From Mobula hypostoma (taxonomy: Eukaryota): a DNA stretch of 64,000 bases. Each line of letters opens with the position of its first letter. Within the stretch, counting starts at the first letter, position 1. Under the pieces are notes generated by a model that was given only the letters and a program-made list of their open reading frames with translations, was not told the DNA's origin and did not search any database. Location: the NCBI RefSeq assembly GCF_963921235.1, contig NC_086097.1, positions 56,484,001 to 56,548,000 on the forward strand. The letters are read 5' to 3'. The position numbers and the translations under genes are program-made. Positions 26,381 to 40,231 of the stretch are shown here, one piece after another.

Positions 26381-27051
26381 AGTGTATTTCAGAGGATTAC
26401 TATCCATTGTAAATCTGTAAAGTGAAAAGTTTCCAGCACTTTATTTCCCCAAATGAATCACATCTCCACCAATTATTGGAATAGCTAGTTTGACATTCTT
26501 TCAACGATGGGAGACCTAACAGGTATGATGAAAAGATCTGAATACACAATGGCTTCTCATTGTCCTTCAAGAAAAAGAACCTCATCATAACCTTGAAAGA
26601 TCTAAAGGAGATATTCAATTGAGAAACACTGAATGACAACCCTAGAGCCTAACAAAAAGTATTGACTGCCATGCAAAATCACCTGACACCAACTGCAAAA
26701 ATGTTTGAGAATTGCTCTTTTCAATTATTTTTCTGGCAGACACTTGTGCTTCGCACATGTACTTCTGAACACTTTCTACCTTCTACTCCAGATTGTCATT
26801 TCATGGATAAGAACTAATATGTACTTTTGTTACAACAGACAGGGAGGCTATATATAATTGATGGAATTGACTTGCAGTTATGAGATACCTCAATGTTTTT
26901 CAATTAGCCACACAATACTTAGCTTTATTTTTCATTAGAATCAGTAAATATTTTCCTGGATTTGATACAAGTTACATTTTTAAGATGGAATATACCTGCA
27001 GGATATGTACTTTTACATTAGTCTCAGCAATTGTAAGGTAGTAAGATGTAC

Positions 27052-27145
27052 AAACAAGAAAAAAAATCTGTGGATGCTGGAAATCCAAGCAACACACACA
27101 AAATGCTGGAGGAACTCAGCAGGTCAGGCAGCATCTATGGAAAGA
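27052..27145 (-). mobile_element. PLE 3' tail fragment
   Basis: GATGCTGGAAATCCAAGCAACACACACAAAATGCTGGAGGAACTCAGCAGGTCAGGCAGCATCTATGG, shared with the other PLE ends. Confidence 0.85.
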
Positions 27146-29487
27146 TTTGCAAAGATACATATATGCATGAGTCATTTATTGTAACATAAATTTATTTAAC
27201 AAAATTCTTGCTTTACAGAAATGAAGAAAAGTATCCAATCAGAAGACTAACAATGCCTCACTTGATGCTAATTGCTAATTACTGAAACTAAAAAGTCTTA
27301 ATCTTCTTATAAATTAATTGCAATGATTCATAAAAGTTGTTTCTCTTTATGTTTCATCTTGTTTTGGAACAGATTATTTAGTCAGAAGTGCTAAGACATT
27401 TACAGTTGAAAATTAATTAAATTACTGGAAGAATAATCCAAAGGCTAATGCTCTGATGACAAGTTTAATTTCTAACATGCCAAATAAGCAACTTAAATTT
27501 CCAGCGAACGGGTGTATACAAAAAAATTGGAGGTGGATGGTGTGGTTAGGAAGTTAAATAAACTAGTTACATGTGTTCTTTTACTTCTCCCTGCTTTGTT
27601 ATATACATAGCCTTGTTTAAGTTCAGTGTAACAAAGCTTTCACACAGACCTATTGTATAACATCGCAGATTCCCTGTCACCATCATTGGGCAATGTCCTA
27701 CTTCAATGCCAGGAGAGACCAGAGATGACAACAATGCACTCTACTGTCGGAGAAAGTGACGCTGTAAATCATTACGCTGACTGCTTCTCTCAGAAGGTTT
27801 CAAAAGATCATGTCAAACATTGATATGCAAATGAGATGCTAATCTAGTATAGAATCTTTTCATGATCCTTACCCCACCCCCCCAAAATAACCTCTTATAA
27901 ATTGTCCCTAAATCAACCTCTCCTCCATGGACTTTGTCTCTACTCTTCACTGAGTCAGTAGAGCAGCCAGCACAATTAAAGATCCCACCCACTTGGAACA
28001 TTATCTCTTAGAGTTATAGAGAAGTACAGCACAGAAACAGGCCCTTTGGCCCAACTAGTCAAGACCAAAAGCATTTAAACTGTCTACTCCCATCGATCTG
28101 CACCAGGGCCATAGCCCTCCATATCCCTACTCTCCATGTACCTACCCAAACTTCTCTTAACTGTTGAAATCGAGAGCGCATGCACCACTTGTGCTGGCAG
28201 CTCATTCCACACTCTCACAACCCTCTGAGTGAAGAAGCAACCCCTCATGCTCCCCTTAAACTTTTCATCTTTTACCTTAACCTATGACCTTTGGTTGTAA
28301 TCCCACCCACTCTCAGTGGAAAAAGCCTGCCTGCATTTACCCTATCTATACCCCTCATAATTTTGTATACCCCTATCAAATCTCTTCTCAATCTTCTACA
28401 TTCCAAGAAATAAAGTCCTAACTTATTCAGTGTTTCATTATAACTTCGGCCTTCCAGTTCTGGCAACATCTTTGTAAATTTTCTCTGTACTCTTTCAACC
28501 ATGTTTACATCTTTCCTGTAGGTAGGTGACCAAAACTGCACACAATACTCCAAATTAGGCCTCACCAACACCTTATACAATTTCAACATAACATTCCATC
28601 TCCTGCATTCAATTCTTTGATTTATGAAGGCCAATGTGTCAAAAGCTTTCTATATGACCCAATCTACCTGTGATGCCACTTTCTCAACAAATTATGAACC
28701 TGCAATCCCAAATCCCTCTGTTCTACTACATTCTTCAGTGCCCTATCGCTCATTGTGTAAGACCTACCCTGGTTGGTCCTACCAAAGTACAAGACCTTGC
28801 ACTTGTCTGCATTAAATTCCATCTGCCATTTTCCAGCACATTTTCCAGTTGATGCTGATCCCTCTGCAAGCCATGACAGCCTTCCTCACTGTCCTCTACA
28901 CCCCCAATCTTAGTTACATCCACAAATCAGCTGATCCAGTTAACCACATTACCATCCAGAACCTTGATCTAGATGCTAAACAATGAAGGGGCCAGCACCA
29001 ATTTTTGTGGCACATCACTAGTCAAAGGCCTCGAGTCAAAGAAGCAACACTCTACCACCACTCTCTGTCTTCTCCCACAAAGCCAATGTCTAATCCGATT
29101 TACTAGCTCATCCTGAATGCCAAGCAACTGAACCATCTTGACCAGCCTCCCACGTGGACCCTTGTCAACTGCCTTACTAAAGGCCATGTAAGAAGTATCA
29201 ACTGTCTTGCCTACATCTACCTTCCTGGTAATTTCCTCAAACTCTACAAGATTGGTTAGACATGACCTACCATGCATGAAGTCATGCTGACTATCCTTAA
29301 TCAGTCCATGTCTATCCAAATACTTATATATCCAGTCCCTTAGAGCACCTTTCAATAACTTTCCTACTACTGATGTCAGATTGACCAGCCTATGATTTCC
29401 TGGTTTATGTTTAGAGACTTCTTTAAATAGCGGCACAACACTGGCTATCCTCCAACCCTCTGGTACCTCTCCTGTCAGTAAGGGTGT

Positions 29488-29738
29488 GGCACAGTGGCAT
29501 CAGCGCCAGACTTCGGAGCAAAGGCTCCCGAGTTCGAATCCCAGTCGGGCCACCCCCCGAGCACACTTTCCATCCGTGCCGGGTTGAGCGTCGAGCTAGC
29601 CACTCAGCCTTGTAAAAAACAAGGGTCGAGTCAGGAACGTTAATATCGTGACCCGGTTAATCCAAAAGGAGACCAATCCTGACACTACGCGCCAGACAAG
29701 AATGGTTGACTGTCTGCTGCAACACGCTATGAAGGACG
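29488..29738 (+). mobile_element. Young tRNA-derived SINE, family not recognised
   Basis: A-box-like TGGCACAGTGG and B box GAGTTCGAATCCC. 8-bp TSD AAGGGTGT (29480-29487 and 29739-29746). Many intact CpGs. Confidence 0.8.
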
Positions 29739-30136
29739 AAGGGTGTTTTAAATATCTCTCCTAAGGACCTGGCAATCTCTGCACTTGCCTCCTATAGGGT
29801 CTGAGGGAACATTTTATCTGGCTCTGGAGATTTATCCACCCTGATTTGCCTCAGGGCAGCAAACACCTCCTCCTCTGTAACCTGAAGTTGATGCTGCTTT
29901 GCCTAAAGACTCTGTATCCTTCTCCTGAGTAAATACAGATACAAAGAATCTATTTAAGATCTCCCCATTTGTTTTGGCTCCACACATGGATTGCCATCCT
30001 GATCTTCCAGGGGACCCATTTTGTCCCTTGCAATCCTTTTGCTCTTATCATATCTGTAGAATCCACCTTCACCTTGTCTGCTAGAGCAACTTCATGCCTT
30101 CTTTTAGCCTTCCTGATTTCTTTCTGAAGTGTTCTC

Positions 30137-30452
30137 AGAATCAGAATCAGCTTTATTATCACCGGCATGTGTTGTGAAATTTGTTATCTTAGCAGCAACA
30201 GTTCAATGCAATACATAATACAGAAGAAAAAATAAATAAATAAATTACAGTATACGTATATCAAATAGACTTAAAATTGTGCAAAAAAAACAGAAATAAT
30301 ATAGATTTAAAAAGTGAGGTAGTATCCAAGGGTTCAATGTCCATTTAGGAATTGGATGGCAGAGGGGAAGAAACTGTTCCTGAATTGCTGAGTGTGTGCC
30401 TTCAGGCCTCTGTACCTCCTACCTGATGGTAACAGTGAGAAAAGGGCATGTA
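30137..30452 (-). mobile_element. Rex1-type LINE 3' end nested in CR1
   Basis: (ATTCTG)n tail and AATAAA on the minus strand. Coding end of the ...NSFFP type. Confidence 0.75.
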
Positions 30453-30706
30453 TTTGCATTTCTCTTGCATTTCTTGTACTCCATTAGCACCTCAGTTGTT
30501 CCTACTTGCCTATACCTGCTATGCATCTCCTTTTTTCTCTTAACCAGGGCCTCAATATCTCTTGAAAACCAAGTTTCCCTACACTTCCCCACCTTCTCTA
30601 TCCTTTTCCACATTGATCCCTGCTCCCCCCACCCCCACACTTTTTCATTCTCTCCCACTTCCTTCATAATAGATGGCAGAGACAAGGGCAGTCATTAATT
30701 GTGTGT

Positions 30707-31798
30707 TTAAAAACACAAACACGAGGAAATCTGCAGATGCTGGAAATTCAAGCAACACACACACAAAATGCTGGTGAAATGCAGCAGGCCAGGCAGCATC
30801 TCTAGGAAGAGGTACAGTTGACGTTTCGGGCTGAGACCCTTCGTCAGGACTAACTGAAAGTGGGAGGGGGAGGGGGAGATCCAAAATGATAGGAGAAGAC
30901 AGGAGGGGCAGGGATGGAGCCAAGAACTGGACAGGTGATTGGCAAAAAGATACAAGGCTGGACAAGGAAGAGGATCATGGGACAGGAGACCCAGGGAGAA
31001 AGAAATGGGGAGGGGAGCATCAGAGCATACAGTGAGAGCAACAGAGGGAGAAAAAAGAGAAAAAGAAAGGGGGGAATCAATCAATAAATAATGGATGGGG
31101 TAAGAAGGGGAGGAGGGACATTAGCGGAAGTTAGAGAAGTCGATGTTCATGCCATCAGGTTGGAGGCTACCCAGACGGAATATAAGGTGTTGTTCCTCCA
31201 ACCTGAGTGTGGCTTCATCTTTACAGTAGAGGAGGCCGTGGATAGACATGTCAGAATGGGAATGGGATGTGGAATTAAAATGTGTGGCCACTGGGAGATC
31301 CTGCTTTCTCTGGCGGACAGAGCGTAGATGTTCAGCAAAGCGGTCTCCCAGTCTGCGCCAGGTCTCGCCAATATATAAAAGGCCACATCGGGAGCACTGG
31401 ACGCAGTATATCACCCCAGCCGACTCACAGGTGAAGTGTTGCCTCACCTGGAAGGACTGTCTGGGGCCCTGAATGGTGGTGAGGGAGGAAGTGTAAGGGC
31501 ATGTGTAGCACTTGTTCCACTTACAGGGATAAGTGCCGGGAGGGAGATTGGTGGGGAGCGATGGGGGGGACGAATGGACAAGGGAGTCGCATAGGGAGCG
31601 ATCCCTGCAGAAAGCAGAAAGAGGGGGGAGGGAAAGATGTGTTTGGTGGTGGGATCCTGTTGGAGGTGGCGGAAGTTACAGAGAATTATATGTTGGATCC
31701 GGAGGCTGGTGGGGTGGTACATGAGGACAAGGGGCACCCTATCCCTCGTGGGGTGGCGGGAGGATGGGGTGAGAGCAGATGTGCGTGAAATGGGAGAG
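30707..31798 (-). mobile_element. Penelope-like element (Neptune-like), 5'-truncated
   Basis: ORF 31121-31447 is a GIY-YIG endonuclease (VIYCVQCSRCGLLYIGET...RFAEH...RLEEQHLIFRLG). Hammerhead motif at 30816-30851. 9-bp TSD ATTGTGTGT (30698-30706 and 31799-31807). Confidence 0.92.
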
Positions 31799-33769
31799 AT
31801 TGTGTGTAATTTGCGTCCAAACAACAGATTGCCATTTGTAGCCTTTGTTCATACATTGACAAATTTCTGAGCCTTTTTAAAATGGTAATTAATGAAGACA
31901 GTTTCTCTTTGATATTCTGCTTTTAATCTTCCACCAAGCACAATGTCAGCCTACTTCTAACAAGATGTAATTTACTTCCACTTGAATTATCTATCAATGA
32001 AAGAGAATATATTCCTGCCCACACCTCCTGCAGGAAGACATTTGATTCACACCTGGATCAATGCATACAGAGACATTAAATAAAACTGACAAATGCTGTA
32101 CGATGTCAAGTGGTGTCACCCAAGCAGCCTTATCATGGATGACATCCTACAATTTCTGTTTGAAGTTTGATTACAGAATATCAAAGCATGCTCATTACTA
32201 TGACCTGAACGGCTTTAGAAATGAAAAAAGTTTCTTCAACTTTGAAGTATTTTAAGTGTACTTAAAGTAATATTTCCAGCTATTATAACCACTTAACTTC
32301 TGTCACGTTCCGTTTCTTTGTAATGAGGAAAAATATTTGTCTTTCTAAGAAGTTAAAGAAATAAAATACTGAATGTTTTTCAGATACTCTACCAATAGAT
32401 TGATGAATTCCTTGAGTGGTGCAGCCGTAAGTAATTAATTGCAGTATAATCCAGGTTCAGGGTTCATAGTTTGTTCCTAATGAACTTCTCTCAGTTGTGA
32501 TGGGATCATTGATTTCATTTTTTTTAAATCAGCTTGACATCAGACTGACATTCCATGATGGATCAATCATCTGTGCTCTACTGTTGGAATGTTTAGGTGG
32601 GAATCCAGCAAGGATAAACTCAGGCTCAATCTGATTTCCCAAATACTAAATGGTCTCCTAACACTGTGGAATAGTCCTACACCTAACATATTATAAAAGC
32701 TGCAGTGGACACCTATCATAAAGCATTATAATAATTTCTAGTGTGGAGGGGGAACTGAAAAGGGTTTGTGAGGTCAATCATAATGCCTGCACTGCATTAC
32801 TGAGGATATCTGAGTTTGCTGGACTGCACAGACACGAGGAGCTGACACAGTTCTTTTCAGACGCAGCAGGTCTTCCTTTGTATTTGTTTCTGTTTAACCC
32901 ATCAGGAATTGTCACACCTCGCATCTCACTAGAACATAACAAACTGAAGCAGGAACAGCCCATTCAACCCTACAGAACTGCTAAACCTTGCAATAAAACC
33001 ACGGCTGATCTTTTAGCTCAGCCCTTGATTCCCTTAAATCTACAAATCTGAATAATCTCAGGAACCGAATCTCCTTAAACCTCTTGGGCAGAGAATTTCA
33101 AAGATTCATTTGCTTCTGACATTCCTCATTTCTGTCCTGAATTGCAAAAATGACCTCCCGTTCTCAACACCCCAGCCAAAGGAGCTATCACCATTGCATC
33201 AAGTACAGAATATATTTTCTGGTGAGATCATCGTTCAGGGTTAACAATTCCTGACAATCTAGGCCCCATCTGCTTAATCCCCCGTCGCATGACAAATGGC
33301 CAATACCAGGAATCACTCTGGTGACACCTCACCCTCTCACATATGTATACTTACTTCAGGTGAGACAACAGACCCGCGCATAATACTCTCCACAGTTCCG
33401 TATAGTTGCAGCAAGCCGACTGAAATCCTCTTACACTAAAGATTTCTCCTCCTAACTGCTTGCAGAAAGTGAATTTTAACATTTAATAATTGGTGTGCAC
33501 GGACATCCTATTGGCCAAAGCCTCCCACCCACCACCAAACAACCACTTTACTCCAACTTTCTGCACTCTGCCATTAAACAGCAAATTACCTTAATCACAT
33601 GCATTCCAATGTAATTTAATCATTTCTTGTGCACATCGTTAAAGATCTTCTGAAAACACAGATGCACTGTGTCCATTGGTTCCTCTTTACATATTCTGCT
33701 AATTACACCCTCAAAAAACCCTAAACAGATTTGCTAAAGAGAAAAGCCTTAGCTCACTCAACTATGCAG

Positions 33770-34230
33770 GAATGAAAGGCTTATCAAATGACAAGGGATT
33801 GGTGGCTCTAGGCCTTTACTCGCTGGTGTTTAGAAGGATAGGGAGGTTCTCATTGAATCCTATCAAATGTTAAAAGGACTCGATAGAGTGGATGTGGAAA
33901 GAATGTTTCCTCTGGTGGGAGAGACTCGGACCAGAAGGTCCAGCCTCAAAATAGACGGATGTTCATTTAGAATGGAGATGAGGCGGAATTTCTTTAGCCA
34001 AAGGGTGGGGAATTTGTGGAATTTGGTGCCACAGCTGGCTATGGAGGCTGGGTCATTGGGTGTATTTAAGGTGGAGGTTGATATGATCTTGATTAGTCAG
34101 GGCTTGAAAGGTTATGGGAAGAAGGCAGGAGAGTAGGGTTAAGTGGGAAATGGATTGGCCATAATGAAATGATGGAGCAGACTCAATGGGCTGAACGACC
34201 TACTTCTGCACCTATATTTTATGGCCTTAA
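33770..34230 (+). mobile_element. CR1 LINE 3' end
   Basis: ORF 33867-34136 (GLDRVDVERMFP, RRNFFSQRV) followed by the CR1 3' UTR. Confidence 0.88.
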
Positions 34231-34882
34231 GACATGCTCTTTAGTCTAGACAGCATCCTGGTTAGTCTCCTCTGCAACCTCTGTAAAACTTCCACATCCT
34301 TCCAAAATGGGGTGACTAGAACTGAACACAGTACTCCCGGCGTGTTCTAACCAGAGTTTTATAGAGTTGCAACATTACCTCACGGTAACTTCACTATTTC
34401 TAGGATGCCAGGAGATTCCTGTACCTTCCGTGAAGACAGTCATAAAGAAGGTGTTTTACTGCCAATGCTTTATTCTATTATTTAATGTCTTTTGTATCTG
34501 TTCATGAGGGACCTCACATCAACTTTAGCTAAATGTTTCCTTTGTTCATATCCATATTAAAGGCTCTAACGATGTTTTTACATTTCTCACTAGATTACTC
34601 TCACATTCTACTTTCCCTTTCCCTTGTTCCTCCTTTACAGAATTCTGAAGTGTTTCCAGTTATCTGGCTTGTTGTTTTTGAATTCAGATTAAATTAGAAT
34701 ACTTCCAGATTTTAGACAAAATTCTACCATATTAAAATCAAGTTAGTTTCTCTCAACAAAGTGTCCTCAATCATGCATCTACAATTCTACATCCAATTCT
34801 TAGATTTCCACCTTTACAATTTTAACAAGCTATTTTAGTCAGTCAAGTATGTGTCAAAAATCTTTGCATTCACCTGATAATT

Positions 34883-35092
34883 CATAGAAACATAGAAACA
34901 AAGAAAACCTACAGCACAATACAGGCCCTTCAGCCCACAAAGCTGTGCTGAACATGTCCTTACCTTAGAACTACCTAGGCTTACCCATTGCCCTCTATTT
35001 TTCTAAGCTCCATGTATCCATCCAGGAGTCTCTTAAAAGACCCTCTCGTTTCCACCTCCACCACCGCCACCGGCAGCCCATTCCATGCACTA
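34883..35092 (-). mobile_element. CR1 LINE 3' tail
   Basis: CATAGAAACATAGAAAC...CAGCACAATACAGGCCCTTCAGCCCAC, the reverse complement of a CR1 terminus. Confidence 0.8.
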
Positions 35093-35883
35093 AAACCTGT
35101 CTACTGTCTCACTGTTTGTAAGGACACAATGATTCCAAAAGCCTTGAGAACCTCTTTCAGTGTCCCACTGGTAGGCCAGATTGCTCTCTGCTTTGGCAAC
35201 CAAACAGATACAATAGCATCTTCATTTTGATTACTTCTCTTTATTAGCCATTGCCATATTGATGTAGAGAGAAAAAAATCCTGTCATTTTTCCAATCATT
35301 TGGAAATCTGTTTACCCGAAAAGCCAGTCGCTGAGGGAAATTGTTCTACTCCATCATGCACTCTTTTCCCTGATAGAGATCTGTGTCTCTCAATAGCAAG
35401 TTTGTGTTTCAAGTAAAATCCCACAAACCTGATTAACATTTGGTGACTACATGTTGTGTTTACTGCCATGCCACAGGAAATCATTTGGTCAATCAGATCC
35501 ATGGCAGGGCAACCACATCAATCTCGTTCCATCTCCCCCTATTTCCCTGTGGCCTCCAACTTACCCACCTAACGACACCACTTCGATTCTTTAGTCCCTT
35601 AACTGCAATAAGGAGTAAATTACAGTGGCCAGTTAACCTACCAACTTGACTATGGAACAGATCAAATTGTCACCATCTCACCCAGTATTAGGTGAATCAC
35701 TAGCCAAATCCTGACATCTATCCACTACAGTCCTCTCCGGTTCCAGGCCTTTACTTCAAGATCAGCTCTACAGCCAGCAGTCATCTTGAATTGAGCTCCT
35801 CAAGTCACAACACATTAAACCATTCTACTATAATTATCTAGCTCAACCATTTCGGTGTACTAAATTTCTGGGCTGTTGCTTCT

Positions 35884-36375
35884 CAGCTGAGAAGATCATC
35901 GCAGTCTCTCTTCCCACCATTAGAGACATTTACACCACACGCTGCATCCGTAAAGCAAACAGCATTATGAAGGACCCCACGCACCCCTCATACAAACTCT
36001 TCTCCCTCCTGCCATCTGGCAAAAGGCACCAAAGCATTCGGGTTCTCACGACCAGACTATGTAACAGTTTCTTCCCCCAAGTCATCAGACTCCTCAATAC
36101 CCTGAGCCTGGACTGACACCAACCTACTGCCCTCTACTGTGCTTATTGTCTTGTTTATTATTTATTGTAATGCCTGCACTGTTTTGTGCACTTTATGTAG
36201 TCCTGGGTATGTCTGTGAGTCTAATGTAGTTTTGTGTTATTTTACGTAGTTCGGTGTAGTTTTTGTATTGTTCATGTAGCATCAGGGTCCTAAAAAACGT
36301 TGTCTCGTTTTTACTGTGTACTGTACCAGCAGTTATGGTCAAAGTGACAATAAAAAGTGACTTGACTTGACTTGA
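35884..36375 (+). mobile_element. Rex1/Babar-type LINE 3' end
   Basis: Encodes DPTHPSYKLFSLLPSG...NSFFPQVIRLLN. AATAAA and a (TGACT)n tail. Confidence 0.85.
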
Positions 36376-36899
36376 TATTGCCAGATGCTTGATGTCATTA
36401 TAGAAAGGGCAAGTAACTTGCTGCAATATTGTATCCTGTTACTAGTTCACTGAGAAGGCAAAGTTTTTCTCAGTTCTCTATTCACTGGAATCAAGAGCAC
36501 ATTCTAAAGAGTTTATGTCCTGCCTCTCTACAAGCTCCCGGCGAGCGAAGGAGATTCCCAGCTAATGAATCCAGCCACTGCTAGTCCTGTTGCTCTGCTT
36601 CCTAACACCAATTCAGTGCAGAATGTTAAAGGGCGCAGATGACAGGTGCAACAGAGGCTACAGGAGCTGCAATTCCAATCCTGAGGAGAGGATGCACCCA
36701 GTGGAGATCTGCCATCACCAGAATTCCATATAGTTTCTGCTTTACTAACAAGTAGCTAGCAGCAGTGCGAGAAATTGTTCTCTTCCCTAGTCGTTATTAC
36801 AATTATTTGGGGTGGGTGAAGACTGCGGCTCTGTGAAGCCTTCCAAAATTCGAGAAGGGCAATGAGTACAAGGGCACCTTACATTCATGTAAATGAATC

Positions 36900-37235
36900 G
36901 GGTGGCCTGGTAGCATAGCAGTTAGTGTTACAGCACCAGTTGTAAGACCAGGGTTCAGTTCCCTCCGCCATCTGTAAAGAATTCACACTTTCACCCCGTG
37001 ACCATGTATGGGTTTCCTCCGAGTGCTCTGGTTTCCTCCCACATTCAAAGACGTACGGGTACGGGTTAGTAAACTGTGGGCATGTCAGGTTGGTGCCGAA
37101 AGCAATGTGACACCTATGGGCTGTCTCCGGCACATCTCAGACTGTGTTGGTCATTGGCGCAAATGATGCACTTCTCTGTGCAGTTCAATCTTCCGATGTA
37201 CATGTGTGTGGCAAACGAGGCCACCTTGTAATCTT
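36900..37235 (+). mobile_element. tRNA-derived V-SINE
   Basis: GGGTTCAGTTCCC B box and V domain GGGTTTCCTCCGAGTGCTCTGGTTTCCTCCCAC. Confidence 0.78.
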
Positions 37236-37254
37236 TATCTCAATAACAGTATTC

Positions 37255-37910
37255 TAAACAAAGTCAGTGAACCTGTGGCACGAATCAGTACAAAGGTGTA
37301 TGATTTAGTGGCCATTGTGAACATGAGGCTGTAGAGTGGAGATGATTGGGAACTAAATACCCAAGGTAATAGGTAATAGGGAAGGATAAGCAGGAAGATA
37401 AGGGAGATGGGGAACCACTCCCATGAATGAAATCTGGATGATAGTGAGAGATGTAAGATCCAAAGAGCAGAATGTTGAGTCATGGATTTGAGATAAATTA
37501 TTAGTATGGACAGAGGGCTGGTTAAAAAATCGAAGGCAGTGAGTTGGGATAAATGGAGGTTTCAGTGGTGAGCAGAATGCCGCAGAGGTTGGTGCCGGCT
37601 CACACCGTTCATGATATACAGTAACGACTTGGAAGGAAGGACTGGGCGTAGTGTATCTAACTTTGCTGAGGACACTCTCAGAAAGTAGTGAATCTGTAAA
37701 ATTCTCTACCCAGGACCAGTATAGGCCACCTGATTAAATATATTTAAGACACAGTTAGATCATTTTTTGCATCATAGGGGGATTAAGGGATATGGAAAAA
37801 AGGCAGGAAGGTGAGCAAGTCTATGGCCTGGTCAGCCATGATCTTATTGAATGGTAGAACAGACTCAATGGGCCAAATGGCCCACTCCTGCTCCAATTTC
37901 TTATGTTCTT
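37255..37910 (+). mobile_element. CR1 LINE, decayed and internally deleted
   Basis: RT remnants and CR1 3' UTR (AATGGCCCACTCCTGCTCC...TCTTATG). Confidence 0.7.
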
Positions 37911-38597
37911 TTGAATTCTGAAGTATCACTACTGATTGCTGAAGATCTGTGGCATTGCTAATTTGAGGCAAGTTTTAATAACAACTTTAGTTTCCAATGC
38001 AAGGATTTGCCACGAGATAACCCCAATTTTCTTCTCTGCCCAGTGATGGACAGACTTCAAGCACAATTTACATTCAGAGAAAATTGAGTTTTTGCAATTG
38101 ATTTCACATTAATAAACACACCAGCATATGGATCTTCTAACAAAACTAGCCATATCCTCAATAGTTCTTTATAGCTTCCACTGATTGCATCATTTGTGAG
38201 TCCTATTTTTTCCTCACACACTGGCATTAACAGAGAATTTTTAAAAGCTCTTGAACATAATTTACTAAAAATATACACAGTACAGCAGTATATGTACTGA
38301 TTCTTGGGGAGTACTTTCAGCCTTTTAAATTTAATTTATTCAGGGAAAGGATTCAATATTGAATAAATAATTGTTTTGCGATAATGTAGCAGTCTACTGA
38401 AATTTGGTCAACCTTAATATACAACAAAAACTGGTAAAATTTTTTTTACAAAAATAACACCTGATTACACTGATTCATGGCAGATTTTATGTTCCATGAT
38501 ACAAAGATGAGTTTGAGCAAAACAAAATGTGGTGTAAATTCACTTTTTTTGCTGTAATTTTGGCGTAATTTGCCTCCATATCATCCACATAAAACCA

Positions 38598-38876
38598 AAA
38601 GACCATAAGACAGACCATAAGACATAGGAGCAAAATTAGGCCAGTCAGCCCGTTGAGTCTCCTCCGTTCGATCATGGCTGATTTAAGTTTCTTCTTAAAC
38701 CCATTCTCCTGCCTTCTTCCGTAACCTTTAACATTCTTAATAACCAAGAACCTAAAAACCTCTGCTCTAGATATACCCAGTAACTTGGCCTCTACAGCCA
38801 TCTGCTGCAATGAATTCCACAGATTCACCTCCCTCTGGCTAAAGAAACTCCCCCTCTTCTCTGGTCTAAAGGGACC
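38598..38876 (-). mobile_element. CR1 LINE 3' end
   Basis: Repeated AGACCATAAG tail. ORF 38487-38879 begins with FFSQREVNLWNSL. Confidence 0.85.
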
Positions 38877-40231
38877 CAAAACAGAAACTGAAAGCTAAAT
38901 TGTTTTACTCCTGAGGAAGACAGAAAGTCATGCATGGTGGATGATGGCCACAGTGCCTGTAACTTACTTGCCTCTACCTTGCGTTCAAAAATAATTGCTC
39001 AGAGTAGATTTACATAAAAGGAGAAATTTTGTGAAGTTCTACCAAAAATCCAGGTAAGGTTGGTGGCATAACATTTTACTTAGTATAGATAGCAGTGTAA
39101 TATTGAGAAAGGGACACAGTGGGAGTTTAGGAGACTGAGCAATAGCTTGAGGCTGTGATTACTGGGCGGGTGGGAGTTTGGTGTGAAAAGTGGCAGCAAT
39201 CTAATCTCTAAATTCGAGCAAGGGGAAACAACTGAGTGGGAATGGGCCAGAGAGTGTAGGAAAATTCAGCAGAGTTAGAAACAGAGCTCAAAGCAGCCAC
39301 CAGCAGGGAGTTTGGCGAACTAGCAGCATGTGGCAGACCCAGCAAAACTAAACATTTAAAGTAAAAACATGAAAAAAAATCTCCTAAACTGTAAAAGCCA
39401 TACAACTGTTCAAAATTAGTAAACTTGGTGGAGTGACCTCTGCAGTTAGTAGATAATTGCGCAATCATACTCTGACAAAGGGCCTATAATCTTATAAATT
39501 AGCCCTTTGATTCTTTTCACAGATGTTGCCTAACCTGCTGGCTATTTCCAGCATTTTCTGTATTGACTTCTGATTTCCAGGAACTGTAATTTTTGTTTTA
39601 TTTTTAATTGAATCAGTCATCTTGGGGAGGTAACCAGGGTAATAGAGATGAGCGGCAATGCACTAGCATGAAGCAGCACTGGGAGAGCGACCTAAAGGAA
39701 TGCACACACATCTTTTCATCACGGAGGAAGAAAGGCCATTTAGCTCATCTGGCTTGCAGAACAGCAATGCCACTTGTTCCAATTCTCACCATATTTCCCC
39801 ATGCTGCTGTGCACACGCCCTCAACTCCCCTTTGATTATTTTGCCATCAGCCTACACTAAAGGACAATTTGACCACCAGCCAATTAACTTATCAGCAAAT
39901 ATCTGGGATGTGGAAGAAAACCAAAGGACCGAGGGGAATCCCACACTGCCGAGATCAGCACAATTGCAGAATGCAAGACAAGCACTGTATTTCGGTGCAT
40001 GTGACAATATTAAACCAGTTCCAATTCGAATTCCTCTTCCACTGTCTCAGAGGGACGTCTGCATAGATAACATCCAAGGTCAGGATTTAACCAAGGTACC
40101 CTGAGTTGTGAGGATGCAACATTAATTGCTGTGCCATATGATGACTATTAAATGAGAACAGAAACCCCGCTGGAAATATTCATCCCACTAACAGCATCCG
40201 AATAGAGAGCAACAAAGCTGTTGCTTTATGT

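Larger units (their letters stand above)
28010..30570 (-). mobile_element. CR1 LINE (about 2 kb of ORF2) interrupted by a SINE and a Rex1 tail
   Basis: ORFs 28272-28634 (LVRPNLEYCVQFWSP), 28969-29436 (GRSCLTNL) and 29950-30168. CR1 tail near 28010. Confidence 0.92.

Noticed and set aside
29488..29565. Possible tRNA gene
   Set aside because: A and B boxes are present, but I see no full cloverleaf. It continues into a SINE body and is TSD-flanked.
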